Below, one piece after another: positions 1-10,152 of a DNA stretch of 64,000 bases; positions within the stretch are counted from its first letter, which is position 1, and every line of letters begins with the position of its first letter. The notes under the pieces are model-generated. The model was not told where the DNA came from and searched no databases. It was given only the letters and a program-made list of their open reading frames with translations. The translations under genes were made by a program, and so were the position numbers. Source of the stretch: Ophelia neglecta (lineage: Eukaryota); contig OZ260665.1 in the NCBI GenBank assembly GCA_965285935.1, positions 26,226,001 to 26,290,000 of the forward strand. Direction: 5' to 3'.

Positions 1-188
1 ACCGGAACTCCTGGGGTCGACCTTGACCTGAACCAGAATCCCACTTCGGTGACCTTTACCTGCGAGGTATTTTCCAATGTGTCTTTTACGGTTTATAACG
101 GGCCAGGCGGCCTCCATCCTCGCTTGATCTGGTTAGATGACAACAACTACCTCCTCCCTTGCCAGATCGACGGATACCGACCCTGCAG
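1..188 (+). CDS. Penultimate coding exon (5'-truncated by the window) of an immunoglobulin-domain protein; N-terminal half of an Ig fold
   Basis: Frame 1 is open from base 1: TGTPGVDLDLNQNPTSVTFTCEVFSNVSFTVYNGPGGLHPRLIWLDDNNYLLPCQIDGYRPC. It contains the Ig B-strand motif VTFTC and the C-strand Trp (LIW). It ends at CAG|gtccgt (phase 2, weak donor), which joins in frame to the exon at 1852. Confidence 0.75.
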
Positions 189-1147
189 GTCCGTACATTC
201 TTTTATTTAGTCACCGCTTTATAAACATTACTCGCTGCTGTGACAATATATACACACTAGAGTAGTATAATACTAGCTTATATAGCTGTCAGTGTGGGCC
301 AATAAAAATGTTTAAGTAACCGTATGGTTACCGTAACCGCTTTGAGGCAACCCTTTGTAGTGAAGAACCATTTAATGCATTTGATATCCGGGGAGGGGGA
401 GGGGGTGGGGGTATGTGGTAGTGTGGTGGCGATAGGAAAATAAAAAAAAAAGTTTGATTTCAGTTTGTACTGTAAAAAAATACTTTTTTTAAAGCTGGAT
501 GAAAGAAAAATACTTTGATCTAGTCTATGCTCGTAAAATTATTCTGTGGACAAGGGGAGAAAGATATTGCAAGCTACTTCTATCAAAAAGAACGCTCCCG
601 TAGCCAGGTTACGTTGAAGCTAGCGTTGGGTAGGAATAGCGGCGTCAACCGGGATTTTGATATCTACTTTTATCATATACTCCCACGCAGTGCTTTATCT
701 TCATATAAACGAATTTCAAATTCGTTCTTTATATGAAAAGACTGGACTTACACGCGAACAATTTCTCGCTGGTTAGCACTAGGCCTGCATCTTTCAGTTT
801 AAAGGGCGTGCACTCAGGCTGGCGTACGTCTCTCACGTGACCAGCGTGTCAGTTGGAAAACGACAAGCCAGTGGAATTTGGCAATCAGGTGGAAACAAAG
901 CGAAAGCTAGAAAATTACCTTCGAAAAATTGGTGTTTTTTCCACTCCTTATAGGCATTGAGAAAAAATGTCGTCCTTCCGGCGGAAACAATGTATGTTTG
1001 AGTACAAGTTTCTCACCAATATCGCTGCTCGTTCAAACAAATCGGAACGGGCAGCGAGCAGGGCCGAAATCCTGTCATTTGCCTAACCATTTTGAAATAA
1101 TAAGCTCTAACCTGGTATAGGGCGTACAGTTTCAATTATATCATGTT

Positions 1148-1830
1148 CAGGGCACGAAATTGCCGCTATCCCGTTGGCCCGGGACAAGCTATTTTCGCGC
1201 AGGGCAAGCTGATCAGTTACTTAATTTGTCCGCCGGGCTAATACAGCAACGGGGGCCAGTTACCGGGTTAAATTTCGGGCAAGTTATGGTTTTCCGAGGC
1301 CAGCATTTACCGCTGGACGCCATTTTTGACTGGGTGAAAGTTAGGCAGGTCGCTGCATGTATGACAGTATCGCAGCAAAAGCGAAGGCGAAGAAGAATCA
1401 AAGTTTGAGCAGGAAGCTTGCAATAACCTGAATTTAACTGTCTAATCGGAGCTTAATGGGGAGGAGGAGATGCAAACAGATTCTCAATCTGATGATGAAG
1501 ATTATTATTCTGAAAGCTCTGACTTTGAGGGGGAGGAAGTGGCCTTCACCCAATTTACTTCCTGTCATGTAAACTTCGAAAAATAAATAAATTTGAATGT
1601 GATGGTAGTTTTTAAACTTTTATATTATATGCCTTATTTATGAATTAGAATATTAAAGATATCTAGCATATTTGGGTCAAATTAATTTAGGGCAACTAGA
1701 TTTTCAGTTGGGCAAGTTTGTTTTACATGTAACTAGCCCCTGGGCAAGCTAATTTGGGGGAAGTCAAGTTAAAAAGTTTATTTACTTGCCCAGAGGGCAA
1801 GTTGTAAATTTCAATTAGCTTCATGCCCTG
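1148..1830 (+). mobile_element. Non-autonomous (internally deleted) hAT-like DNA transposon with a 6-bp TSD, inside the Ig-gene intron
   Basis: TIRs cagggcacgaa (1148-1158) and ttcatgccctg (1820-1830) match at 10/11. The flanking direct repeat is catgtt (1142-1147, 1831-1836). Subterminal GGGCAA(G)/CTTGCCC motifs recur at about 1202, 1277, 1690, 1710, 1742, 1785 and 1795. An internal relic, PLDAIFDWVK followed by an acidic tail EEEMQTDSQSDDEDYYSESSDFEGEE...*, resembles a transposase C-terminus. Confidence 0.75.
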
Positions 1831-1851
1831 CATGTTGTTAATTATTTCCAG

Positions 1852-2065
1852 TTATATAGTGACCGTCCCGGTGCCTGTTGGACCTGGTCAGATGATTTGG
1901 AGGACGACGCTGACCATACTTAACCCCGTCATACCAGACGACCTGGGGGATTACAAATGTAAACTCATCTATCAAGACTTTACCTACTGTCAGAACTTCC
2001 ATCTCAATGGCACCGTGCCGCGGCGGCCGTGTCTGGATGAGTACGACATGGCGATATGTTACTAG
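1852..2065 (+). CDS. Terminal coding exon of the Ig-domain protein (E/F/G strands plus a Cys-rich tail, stop TAG)
   Basis: Acceptor ttatttccag|T at 1851/1852; AG+T gives Ser and keeps the frame. Translation SYIVTVPVPVGPGQMIWRTTLTILNPVIPDDLGDYKCKLIYQDFTYCQNFHLNGTVPRRPCLDEYDMAICY* contains TLTI (E strand) and the canonical DxGxYxC (DLGDYKC). Confidence 0.8.
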
Positions 2066-5000
2066 AGTACAGCGGCACCATGGTGCGCCGCCGTGTCAAG
2101 GGATCATGGGGGTGGGGGGGGGGATTTAATATGAAGGATCAGTCTGAAATTTTTTTACAAATACTATAACACTTACATTTTAAACTAGTTTTAATTGAAC
2201 TTTTGCACTTGAAATTATATGCCGAGAAATGCTATATTTTTCATCTCCTCGTGATTGAAGTGTTGTATTTCAAACTAGTAACAATAGACCTTCGGGTTTG
2301 CATACTACGGAATATTTATTTTTTGCATTGAGAGATAACGCTCAGGAAAATGAAGACGTGTAACATTATTTGATTTACTATTATTCTGGTTCGGTTTGAT
2401 TGTAGCAGTACGCGTGTTTTCAAGGGCAACTCACCCATAGGCCAACTTCTGCAGGATGTAGTCCATTTTAAAGGGCATTTTGCCCCCGACTCCCCCCCCC
2501 CCCCCCCCCCCCCGGCCGTCCATACATAATGCATATGGACACGGACTGAATTCTTGGAACAGGATTGACCGCCAACCGTACTACTGACCACTGACAATAC
2601 TACTGCAAGCATTGCTCGAAACAGGATAATAATCTTCCAAAGTACGAGTCACAGAGATGGGGCCAGTCTTTTGTTGTATATTTATTGTAACTTTTATTCT
2701 TACCATGTTATTCAATATTTTGAGGATGAAAATAATGGAGTTCCTTATTTAACGATTAATTATTGTACATAAATATCCCTAGATTATATGTAGAATATAA
2801 CTTCTCCACTTTCGCAATATATTTTTATTATATTTTAACTCAAGAAACCTTTAGCCATTACTCTTATACACCTAAATAAATCTACCTGTTTGGTTGTGAT
2901 TATATCCCAGTGGTACCGGGTCGGATTGTATGTGGTATTGTTTGTGTCTGTTTTTTTGAGTGCAACGGCAATCCAATATCGATTAAATGATTGACATTGT
3001 TTATTCAGCTTGCATAAAAATACAGGAAACAATAATTTAGTTTATTAAAAGCACAATGAAAAAATGTACTAATGTTGAAGTATACACCAAATGGTCTCCC
3101 GCCCCCATTTATCATGAAAATTAGAATTAATTTAGTAGTCTTTACGGGTTGTATCATTATTTTTATTAAATGACAATAAACTAATTAAAAGTCATGGTGT
3201 ACTCGGTCAAAAGAAAATTAGGCATTTTCTTCTGGGTGAATATTTCTCACCACTAGAACCCCACTACACACGTACACATGTGTACGTGAAGTAGCGCAAT
3301 TAAAGCAGATTAAAATACTAAGAATTTCATGAATAGTTCATGTGAATTATACATTTACCCATAATTTCTCATACACTTGACACCACCATTTGGTTCAGCT
3401 TTCAGTACACTCGAGGCAAGTGTAATTTTAGCCAACCAGCACTATTAAAGACCCGCGGTGTGAGAAGTATATATGTCTATAAAATCTGCTACCTTCTATT
3501 TCAGGACCATTTGTCTATTTAAAGAACGGTTGTGGCGGGTATTAGATAACTGACCATTACTCGAAAAAAAAAGTTATTTGAGGAAATATCTAGATTTGGG
3601 CAAATTTCGTTTTCATATCAATAGTTTTCAGTGTATTAGTGAGAAGGTGAATGGGGTTCCGAAATGCTCTTAAATAAAAATTCGACTGGTTAATTCTTGC
3701 ATCTTTTATATTCTTCGCTAGATTTATGATAAAATCGTTAAGGAAATGCTCCCCCACACAACCCACATCCTCCCCAAACATTTCATGGCAGACTCTAGTA
3801 ATTAAACACGTTAATGTTGGGTTTTAGGGTTTTATTCACTGAACATTAGTTTGACATGACACATTCTGATTATGCAGCAGATAATATTATACATTCGGCC
3901 GTCATCTGGCCACAGAGATTGCTGGCAGTTTTAAAATTATAAAATGTAAAAAGATAAATGGGCGAATCGTTGGTAGCAGTAGTATAACGCCGACCACCTG
4001 GACACCAATGGTTATAAGCAGTATCTGACACGGTTGACGATTAGTAGTATCTGACATGAATGGTGTAAAGTATTTTACTCAGGTTGTCGAGGTTCTTGTT
4101 TACTGATTATCAAGCCTATAAAGGAAGAAGATTGCAAGTCATTGTCAATATATTCTATTACTAGCATTTCAGAACAATAAAAGCACTAATGGTGATTAAC
4201 CTTAAACTATGGCTATACTAAAACTGAACGCCAATCATTTATGATAAGTTTTATGTGCATATATATGACCGCTTCTTTTACACCATGAAGTTCCTGATTG
4301 TTCCCTTCGTCATTTCACTTCCGGTTGAAACTCAAAGAGAGAGGTGCGACATATAGATACAGATAGAAGTCTCAGCCACGTGCAAAAGCGATTTCCTCGT
4401 TTTACCCAGGTAAAATGGAAAATCGATTGGACGCGGAGTATGTATGTTCCAACCTTTCTACTAGCCTATTATGGGATTACAATCAAGTACATATCATTTT
4501 ATTAAATTACTTTTTTTATCAGTCTGATGAAGTCGGCAATTGCGGAAGGCTTGGAACAAACATCCTCTTAGTTCATCCAGTAGAATTTCAATTGCATTTT
4601 TTATACTGTAGGCGTGCTTTAAGTACATGTGTATTTGAAAGAATGGGTTTAACAGTATAAATGACAGCATTTACTATCAAGAGAGGGTAGCTCTTTAGTT
4701 AATTGAGCAATAACCAAACAAATAATAATAATAATAGCAGCAACTATGATTAAAGTGGTAAAGATATTTAGCTTAACTAGGAATGGTAAATAAATCAGCA
4801 CACTATAAATAACTGCGGAAATTAAAGAATGTGAGCTAACTACTAATAGTAGTATCTACTGTAGCGGGTGTAGACGGCAACACCGGGGTCGGAGCTTCGT
4901 TTTTCTGTCAACAATTGACACCAGACGGCACCACTTCGAGTTGTGGGATGAGTACCCTGTTCCACTGCGGGTACGAGCCGGCAGAGCCTCTTTAGGTAAG

Positions 5001-5730
5001 AGACACCAATATCAAGCCTCCAAGGTACAGCTGCCCCCCCCCCCCCCCCTCTTCGGTCGGAACCCATGGTTGTCCAATGTGCACTAGGCATGGCCTCACA
5101 GTCATTTAAGAACAACCAAATGCTTACAAACACATTCTAATTATAAAATAATCATTTATAATTAGATAACAAAGTGATATATCCGCCTTTTGTTAACCAG
5201 CAAAGCTTGGAGGACAGGAACTATTTGGCGAAATATTCGAATGCACACTGTGCGCCAAAAGTTCCTGGGCCAAAATTAAAATGGATCACCTTGGTCCAGC
5301 TCAAATGTCGTGGAGTTAGCTATAGCATATTCACCACAACGAACGAATGTATTTGGGTAACAGGATATTTATTGGGGGATAATTTAATATGAAAAATACA
5401 TATTCAACAATATATTTGTATGAAAAAATATCCTTAAGTATATGTTGTCAACATAATCTAAATACCATACAAATAGCATGACTTGCTAAGTGTTTGTTAA
5501 ACCTTGCTTAGGGAAGACTACTACTACTGTTTTGTGCATTTTGTGTTATTTTTCGACTTGCCCACATTTACTAACATGTACACTTTATCATTCCTAGTAA
5601 CACAGATAAAACTTTGGATAAAATATGGCCTCCACCGTTTGGCGTATATTTGATATGTACTTTTTTTAACAATATAAAATCTCGTTTAGTACTATCAGTG
5701 TGGTCTTGGTCATGTATAACCTTGAGAGTT

Positions 5731-8700
5731 TTATTTAGTAAAGGATTTCATCCTCTGGAGGGTAGTTTTACGTTTGATTGGTTGGAAGTTGTGACACTCA
5801 AAGATGGCCAGTTGGCCGTTACGTTTTGCGCCGACCATGAAGTTTCCTCGGGAGGTGATGCGGAGTCCTGCCCTCGACACTTTCCGGGGTAGGGGGTCCT
5901 CCAGGGGCAGGACGGCCACACACTCGCCCGACCCCACGTCCCGCACGGTCAGTCGGCGCTCCTCGTGGAAAACCACATGTGTGTTGGTTAACATACCAAC
6001 GATCTCTGCCTGCCTGGTGAACGAGCTTTTCAGATCTTTTAACACCTCGCCATTTCCGGCATTCCACACTCGACATATTCCGGTTTCCATGGCAATGCCC
6101 ACCAGGATAGTACCGTCGACCGAGAAGTCGAGATCGCTGTGGTCACTGCTGGCCAGCCAAATCCCGGCGGTGGACAGGGACGAGTGGAATCGTCTGTCGC
6201 TGTTTCTCAGGACCAACTCACCCTCGTGTTTGGTCTTGTGTAGACTGAGGACGAATCTGTCCGAGGCCGGGGAGGCCTTGGCGTAGGCGATGGGGGTCGA
6301 GTGGTCTCGACTCACCTCCGAGCCATTGCGCTGGTTCCACACAACCAGTCCGTGTTGGAACTCTCGGTGATAAGATAGTACATTCCCATTGGAAGGCAGA
6401 AAGCAGAAGTCGCTAACCACACAAGGATGGCCGTCGTTTACCAGACTTATTTTCTGGGTCATCTTTTTGCTCTTGAGATCATGTAGATAGATGTTGTTTG
6501 GGAGCTGCCCGTAAACCACACCCACTGTGGTCTCTTTGGCTGATATGGCACAATTAACGCCCGCATACTGGGTGAAGTTTTCACTTTTGTCGGACTGTTC
6601 AAAATACGTAGGAATACTGTACACATTGTCCAGAGACCTATTCCAAACCTTAACTCTGTCACCGGCGTTGAAAATGAGAAAGTTACCATCTGCACTACTT
6701 GAGCAGACTTCAAGTGTACATCCGGGTCCCCGGAAGCATTTAAACTGACCAATAGAGTCACGCGTATTGAATGCGCGCCTCTGCTCGTTCTGGAATGGTG
6801 TGACAGCCATGGTCATGTCCTCTTGTCTAGGGTCAAGGACGCCCACGCTGACGACCTGCTGGTTCCGGTCAGAGGGACAACAATGGCTAATGATGACATC
6901 GTCTGACCTAGGGAACAGACCCACATTGACAACAGATATTCGCATGGCGCTGACTTTCTCCCCTGTCGATTCCGACGGATCCATGCTTTCAAGGTCATTC
7001 ACGTTGAATATCTTTAACTCGTCATTGCCTACAAACACTAAGAAATCCCCAATAGACCTGACATCAGCCACTTGTTTCAATCCCCGGACGTTGTAGGAAT
7101 GGTCACACGGTTTGGAGAGATCAGATTTCTGCCATACCGACACGGTGCTGGATGATACTGTTCGACCCCACTTCGCCAAAACAGTTCTTTTAGCATCGTG
7201 CACGAATACGGAATGATCCGAGTTTCTTTCAATTTCAATTGGGACGGCAGATTTGTCAGAGAAGTTCCAGCTCTGAGCTGGAGTCGGTGAGAATGAGTAG
7301 CCGGCAGCGTCTGTCATAGACCGTACACTGCTCCCAAACCACAGCATGTTTTTGTTGACAAACGTACATTTAGTGACGGTATCAGACTCTAGGTCAACGC
7401 TGTGGGTGACATTCCATGATGATATACTCCAGATGTTGACCTTGAGCTGGGGTTTGTTGCTCTGTTTGACACAGGCAGCCACTTGGGTCTCGTCCGCCGA
7501 CATGGCGCAGCATCTAACGCCAAACTGCGCACTGCCTCCAAACCGGAAGCGCAACACCTCCAGAGTCTTAGTGCACTTTTTGACCTTCATGTCAAAGACG
7601 GAGAGATGAAGTGAGCGTCCATTCCACGGGAAGGTTGTCAGACCACAGGCAAGGTACCTGGCAGACACCGCGCAGCACTCAATGGAAAACTTCTCCTTCA
7701 TCTGGATGCTCTGCATGTCAATACTGCTGGCTACAGGCTTACCTCGAGGGTTTATCAAGGTGGTCAGAGAACCGACAAAAATGCTGCCATCTGGTAAGAA
7801 CTTCATAGCCAGTCCCACGCGGTTTTTAATACCTTTTACATCCACCGGATCTATCTTTCTTTCTCCATTCTGTGGGTTGAGAAGGTGGAGATTAAGATTA
7901 TAGTCGGTGTCTTTCGTGACCAGTGCCAGATTCTTGCCATCCTGCGAGAGGTCAAAGGCAAGAATCTGTCCACCGAGAGCCTTAGTTACCCCATGCGATT
8001 CAGACACGGCCGTTAGGTCCTCCAACCACGGCATACGAGAGAGCTCCAGCCGGGCGTTCTGCTGGATTCTCTGGATTGTAGGGTAGTTCGCTGCTGTGTG
8101 CAGAGTAAACTCAGAGTTTTGATTCAGATCAGTGCCCCGCTGACTTACAAACTTGTAGTAGGAATTCATCTGCTCAGCCAACTTGGGCTGGCGTCTCATG
8201 TATTCTGACATCGTAATCAACTTGGTGGTGTCCCCATTTCTCTGGTAATGAGCATGTTTATAATCGCCGATGAGATGAGACAAGTTTACTCCCGCGACGC
8301 CCAACTTCCCTTGGATGTACTTCAAGCTGCAGAGAAGTTTTGTTACGTTTTCCTGTTGTTTTGGGACGTCAGTCAGGTGCCAAATGGCGTGTTTGAGAGC
8401 ATACTCCTTCAGTTTGGGATTGACCCCGTTGGATTTTCCCTCCTCGGTGAGTGGCGCAAGCCAGGCTAGACAGAGCTCGGCTAATTTATCCCGGCCGACG
8501 GCCAAGCTAGCCGAGAGTTCCCCGCTGAGGGTCTCCTTACAAAGCCAGTCGGTAATGTGAGGATGGCACAAGGATACACAACCGTCTTCCTCGTACAATA
8601 CATCCATCAAATCACTCAGTACATCCGCCGTGCCAAAGGAGCAATATTGTATAAAGTCTGTATGGAGAGGCTGCCTGATGGATACCAAGATGCCTAACAA

Positions 8701-9963
8701 AACACTGTACATATTATGTGCGTCTTTCTCTGTCGATTTAGTGATCAAGGACTCGAGATATCCCTTGAAGAACGCTTGGCAAAGAGCATTGAATCCATTG
8801 GGGAACATGGCATCGATAGATCGTAAGGCAATTTTCGTGTCCGATGGCAGAGCGTCGAGTTTCTTGTGCGCTAGGTATGCTCCCAAGAAGCTGCCTTCTG
8901 ATTTCTTGGCTAATTGCGTGAGTCCTCCGTCCAGGCTGATTCGATCCATGTACTTAGACATCGGTCCTCTCAAATAGCGTTTAATATCCGTTAGATTGTC
9001 ATTGCTTTTCTTCATCTCGAGTACCTGTGCTTTATCCAGTTGCCCAAGAATCTGATTTTCACCGCTCACTGTCAGAAGGACGTATAACCAGTCCGGTAAA
9101 TGCGCGCCTGACTGGTTGAGAACCTTCAGAAATGGCTCTCTCTCGTCTAGGATGCATTCATCCAATGCGTCGATCACGATCAGCATGTGCTCCTCCGAGT
9201 CGTGAACTAATTCCGCGGAACTCAGTGGTTTTTGTAGTAGCTCTTCAAACAGTTCAACCACCTCACCGTTCAACACTAAATCTTCCATTTTTTCCGCCTT
9301 AGGTAACATATTAGCGTAATTAGGAAACACGTCACACAGCGCGTGCGCTAAACTCATTACCACACATCTAGGGTCATTCAAATCGAGGCTGGAGGTCACT
9401 GGTTGAAAAAAATGACTTCCCGCCAATTTCGTTTTGTGTCGTCTGCACACTTCGGCGGCGAAACATGTTTTACCAACACCTGGCTGCCCCACGAGAGCCA
9501 TAATATTTGAGCCACTCTTTTCGCTCTCAGCGTTCAAGAACCACTTGTCAAAGGAATGTAGGAGCTTGGCCCTGGTGTTCAGTTCGATGGAATTTCTTTT
9601 TTGGATGCTCTCGTTGTATGGAGCTAGGTCCACGAGTAGGCTCTTGACGGTTTTTTTAAGGTTTGCACGGTGAACTGGTTCAAGGATGTCCTCGTCACTT
9701 ACATCAGTGTCCTTTTCAGCGCTTTCAGCGGGCGGGGTCACAGTTTCTATCTCTGTCCGTTTCATTTCCGGTTTTACCACGACTTGCGGTTCCACCGTCT
9801 TTGGAGTCCCGTTTAACTTACTAATGACCACCTCAGCTTCTATTGGCTGTGCCGGTTTCGGTGGGGATACGAGTTTCTCGTCGGTCACGTGTTCCTCGTG
9901 GGTCACGTGACCATTTAGGCCGTTTGCAATGCCCCGGTTGGTGGACTCTTTAAGCACAGGCCC
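5731..9963 (-). CDS. Terminal exon (1410 codons plus stop) of a NACHT-WD40 STAND NTPase (NLR-like; NWD/HET-E/TEP1/Apaf-1-type architecture)
   Basis: The supplied 1408-aa ORF starts at a GTG, but the real boundary is the acceptor ctctttctag|GGG CCT GTG at 9964/9963 (phase 0). Walker A GQPGVGKT (9466-9489) and Walker B MLIVIDALDEC (~9153-9186) are present, with NACHT-typical context (AGSHFF, DPRCVVMSLAHAL, KSEGSFL) and a helical domain (YALKHAIWHL). About 730 aa of divergent WD40-like repeats follow (DLSQDGKNLA, SSADGNFL..VKVWN, DFSVDGTIL..RVWNAGNGEVL). Confidence 0.93.
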   Translation of the reverse strand, partial: GPVLKESTNRGIANGLNGHVTHEEHVTDEKLVSPPKPAQPIEAEVVISKLNGTPKTVEPQVVVKPEMKRTEIETVTPPAESAEKDTDVSDEDILEPVHRANLKKTVKSLLVDLAPYNESIQKRNSIELNTRAKLLHSFDKWFLNAESEKSGSNIMALVGQPGVGKTCFAAEVCRRHKTKLAGSHFFQPVTSSLDLNDPRCVVMSLAHALCDVFPNYANMLPKAEKMEDLVLNGEVVELFEELLQKPLSSAELVHDSEEHMLIVIDALDECILDEREPFLKVLNQSGAHLPDWLYVLLTVSGENQILGQLDKAQVLEMKKSNDNLTDIKRYLRGPMSKYMDRISLDGGLTQLAKKSEGSFLGAYLAHKKLDALPSDTKIALRSIDAMFPNGFNALCQAFFKGYLESLITKSTEKDAHNMYSVLLGILVSIRQPLHTDFIQYCSFGTADVLSDLMDVLYEEDGCVSLCHPHITDWLCKETLSGELSASLAVGRDKLAELCLAWLAPLTEEGKSNGVNPKLKEYALKHAIWHLTDVPKQQENVTKLLCSLKYIQGKLGVAGVNLSHLIGDYKHAHYQRNGDTTKLITMSEYMRRQPKLAEQMNSYYKFVSQRGTDLNQNSEFTLHTAANYPTIQRIQQNARLELSRMPWLEDLTAVSESHGVTKALGGQILAFDLSQDGKNLALVTKDTDYNLNLHLLNPQNGERKIDPVDVKGIKNRVGLAMKFLPDGSIFVGSLTTLINPRGKPVASSIDMQSIQMKEKFSIECCAVSARYLACGLTTFPWNGRSLHLSVFDMKVKKCTKTLEVLRFRFGGSAQFGVRCCAMSADETQVAACVKQSNKPQLKVNIWSISSWNVTHSVDLESDTVTKCTFVNKNMLWFGSSVRSMTDAAGYSFSPTPAQSWNFSDKSAVPIEIERNSDHSVFVHDAKRTVLAKWGRTVSSSTVSVWQKSDLSKPCDHSYNVRGLKQVADVRSIGDFLVFVGNDELKIFNVNDLESMDPSESTGEKVSAMRISVVNVGLFPRSDDVIISHCCPSDRNQQVVSVGVLDPRQEDMTMAVTPFQNEQRRAFNTRDSIGQFKCFRGPGCTLEVCSSSADGNFLIFNAGDRVKVWNRSLDNVYSIPTYFEQSDKSENFTQYAGVNCAISAKETTVGVVYGQLPNNIYLHDLKSKKMTQKISLVNDGHPCVVSDFCFLPSNGNVLSYHREFQHGLVVWNQRNGSEVSRDHSTPIAYAKASPASDRFVLSLHKTKHEGELVLRNSDRRFHSSLSTAGIWLASSDHSDLDFSVDGTILVGIAMETGICRVWNAGNGEVLKDLKSSFTRQAEIVGMLTNTHVVFHEERRLTVRDVGSGECVAVLPLEDPLPRKVSRAGLRITSRGNFMVGAKRNGQLAIFECHNFQPIKRKTTLQRMKSFTK

Positions 9964-10146
9964 CTAGAAAGAGGATTTGCAGCGATAAGGGGTTGGACAG
10001 GTTATTTACCACGGGGGAAGGGCGGAGAGTGTAGCGTGGAGTAGCAAGGAGTAGGCTGTCGGCAGTTAGTTCACGCCATGATACATGAAAGAAGACAAAC
10101 AAGCGAACGAAGCGGGGCGCGAGGACAGCAGGTCTCTGTTAAGCCT

Positions 10147-10152
10147 TTAAGC
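10147..10152 (-). other. Candidate alternative 3' splice site adding Ala-stop (short-isoform terminus)
   Basis: A 106-nt U-rich, AG-free zone (10260-10155) ends in ctcttccttcgtag|GCT TAA. The next AG, 8 nt further on, is also followed by GCT TAA. Confidence 0.45.

Noticed and set aside
601-1119. Possible second DNA transposon (tagccaggtta ... taacctggta)
   Set aside because: Only an 8-bp inverted match and no TSD; insufficient to call.
2009-2097. Imperfect 25-bp direct repeat and GC-rich palindrome spanning the Ig gene stop, a possible readthrough signal
   Set aside because: The readthrough product would be short and run into a poly-G tract; a small local duplication explains it.
3269-3288. 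Perfect 20-bp palindrome cacgtacacatgtgtacgtg
   Set aside because: A single loop-less, low-complexity (RY-alternating) palindrome is not clearly beyond chance in 64 kb.
5614-9910. Many plus-strand and alternate-frame ORFs overlapping the NACHT-WD40 exon (e.g. 5804-6286, 6767-7096, 8630-8977)
   Set aside because: Antisense or off-frame shadows of a GC-rich coding exon; no recognisable motifs or splice support.
9955-9957. Start of the supplied 1408-aa ORF
   Set aside because: It is a GTG two codons inside a spliced exon. The sequence is eukaryotic and the supported start is the ATG at 18155.
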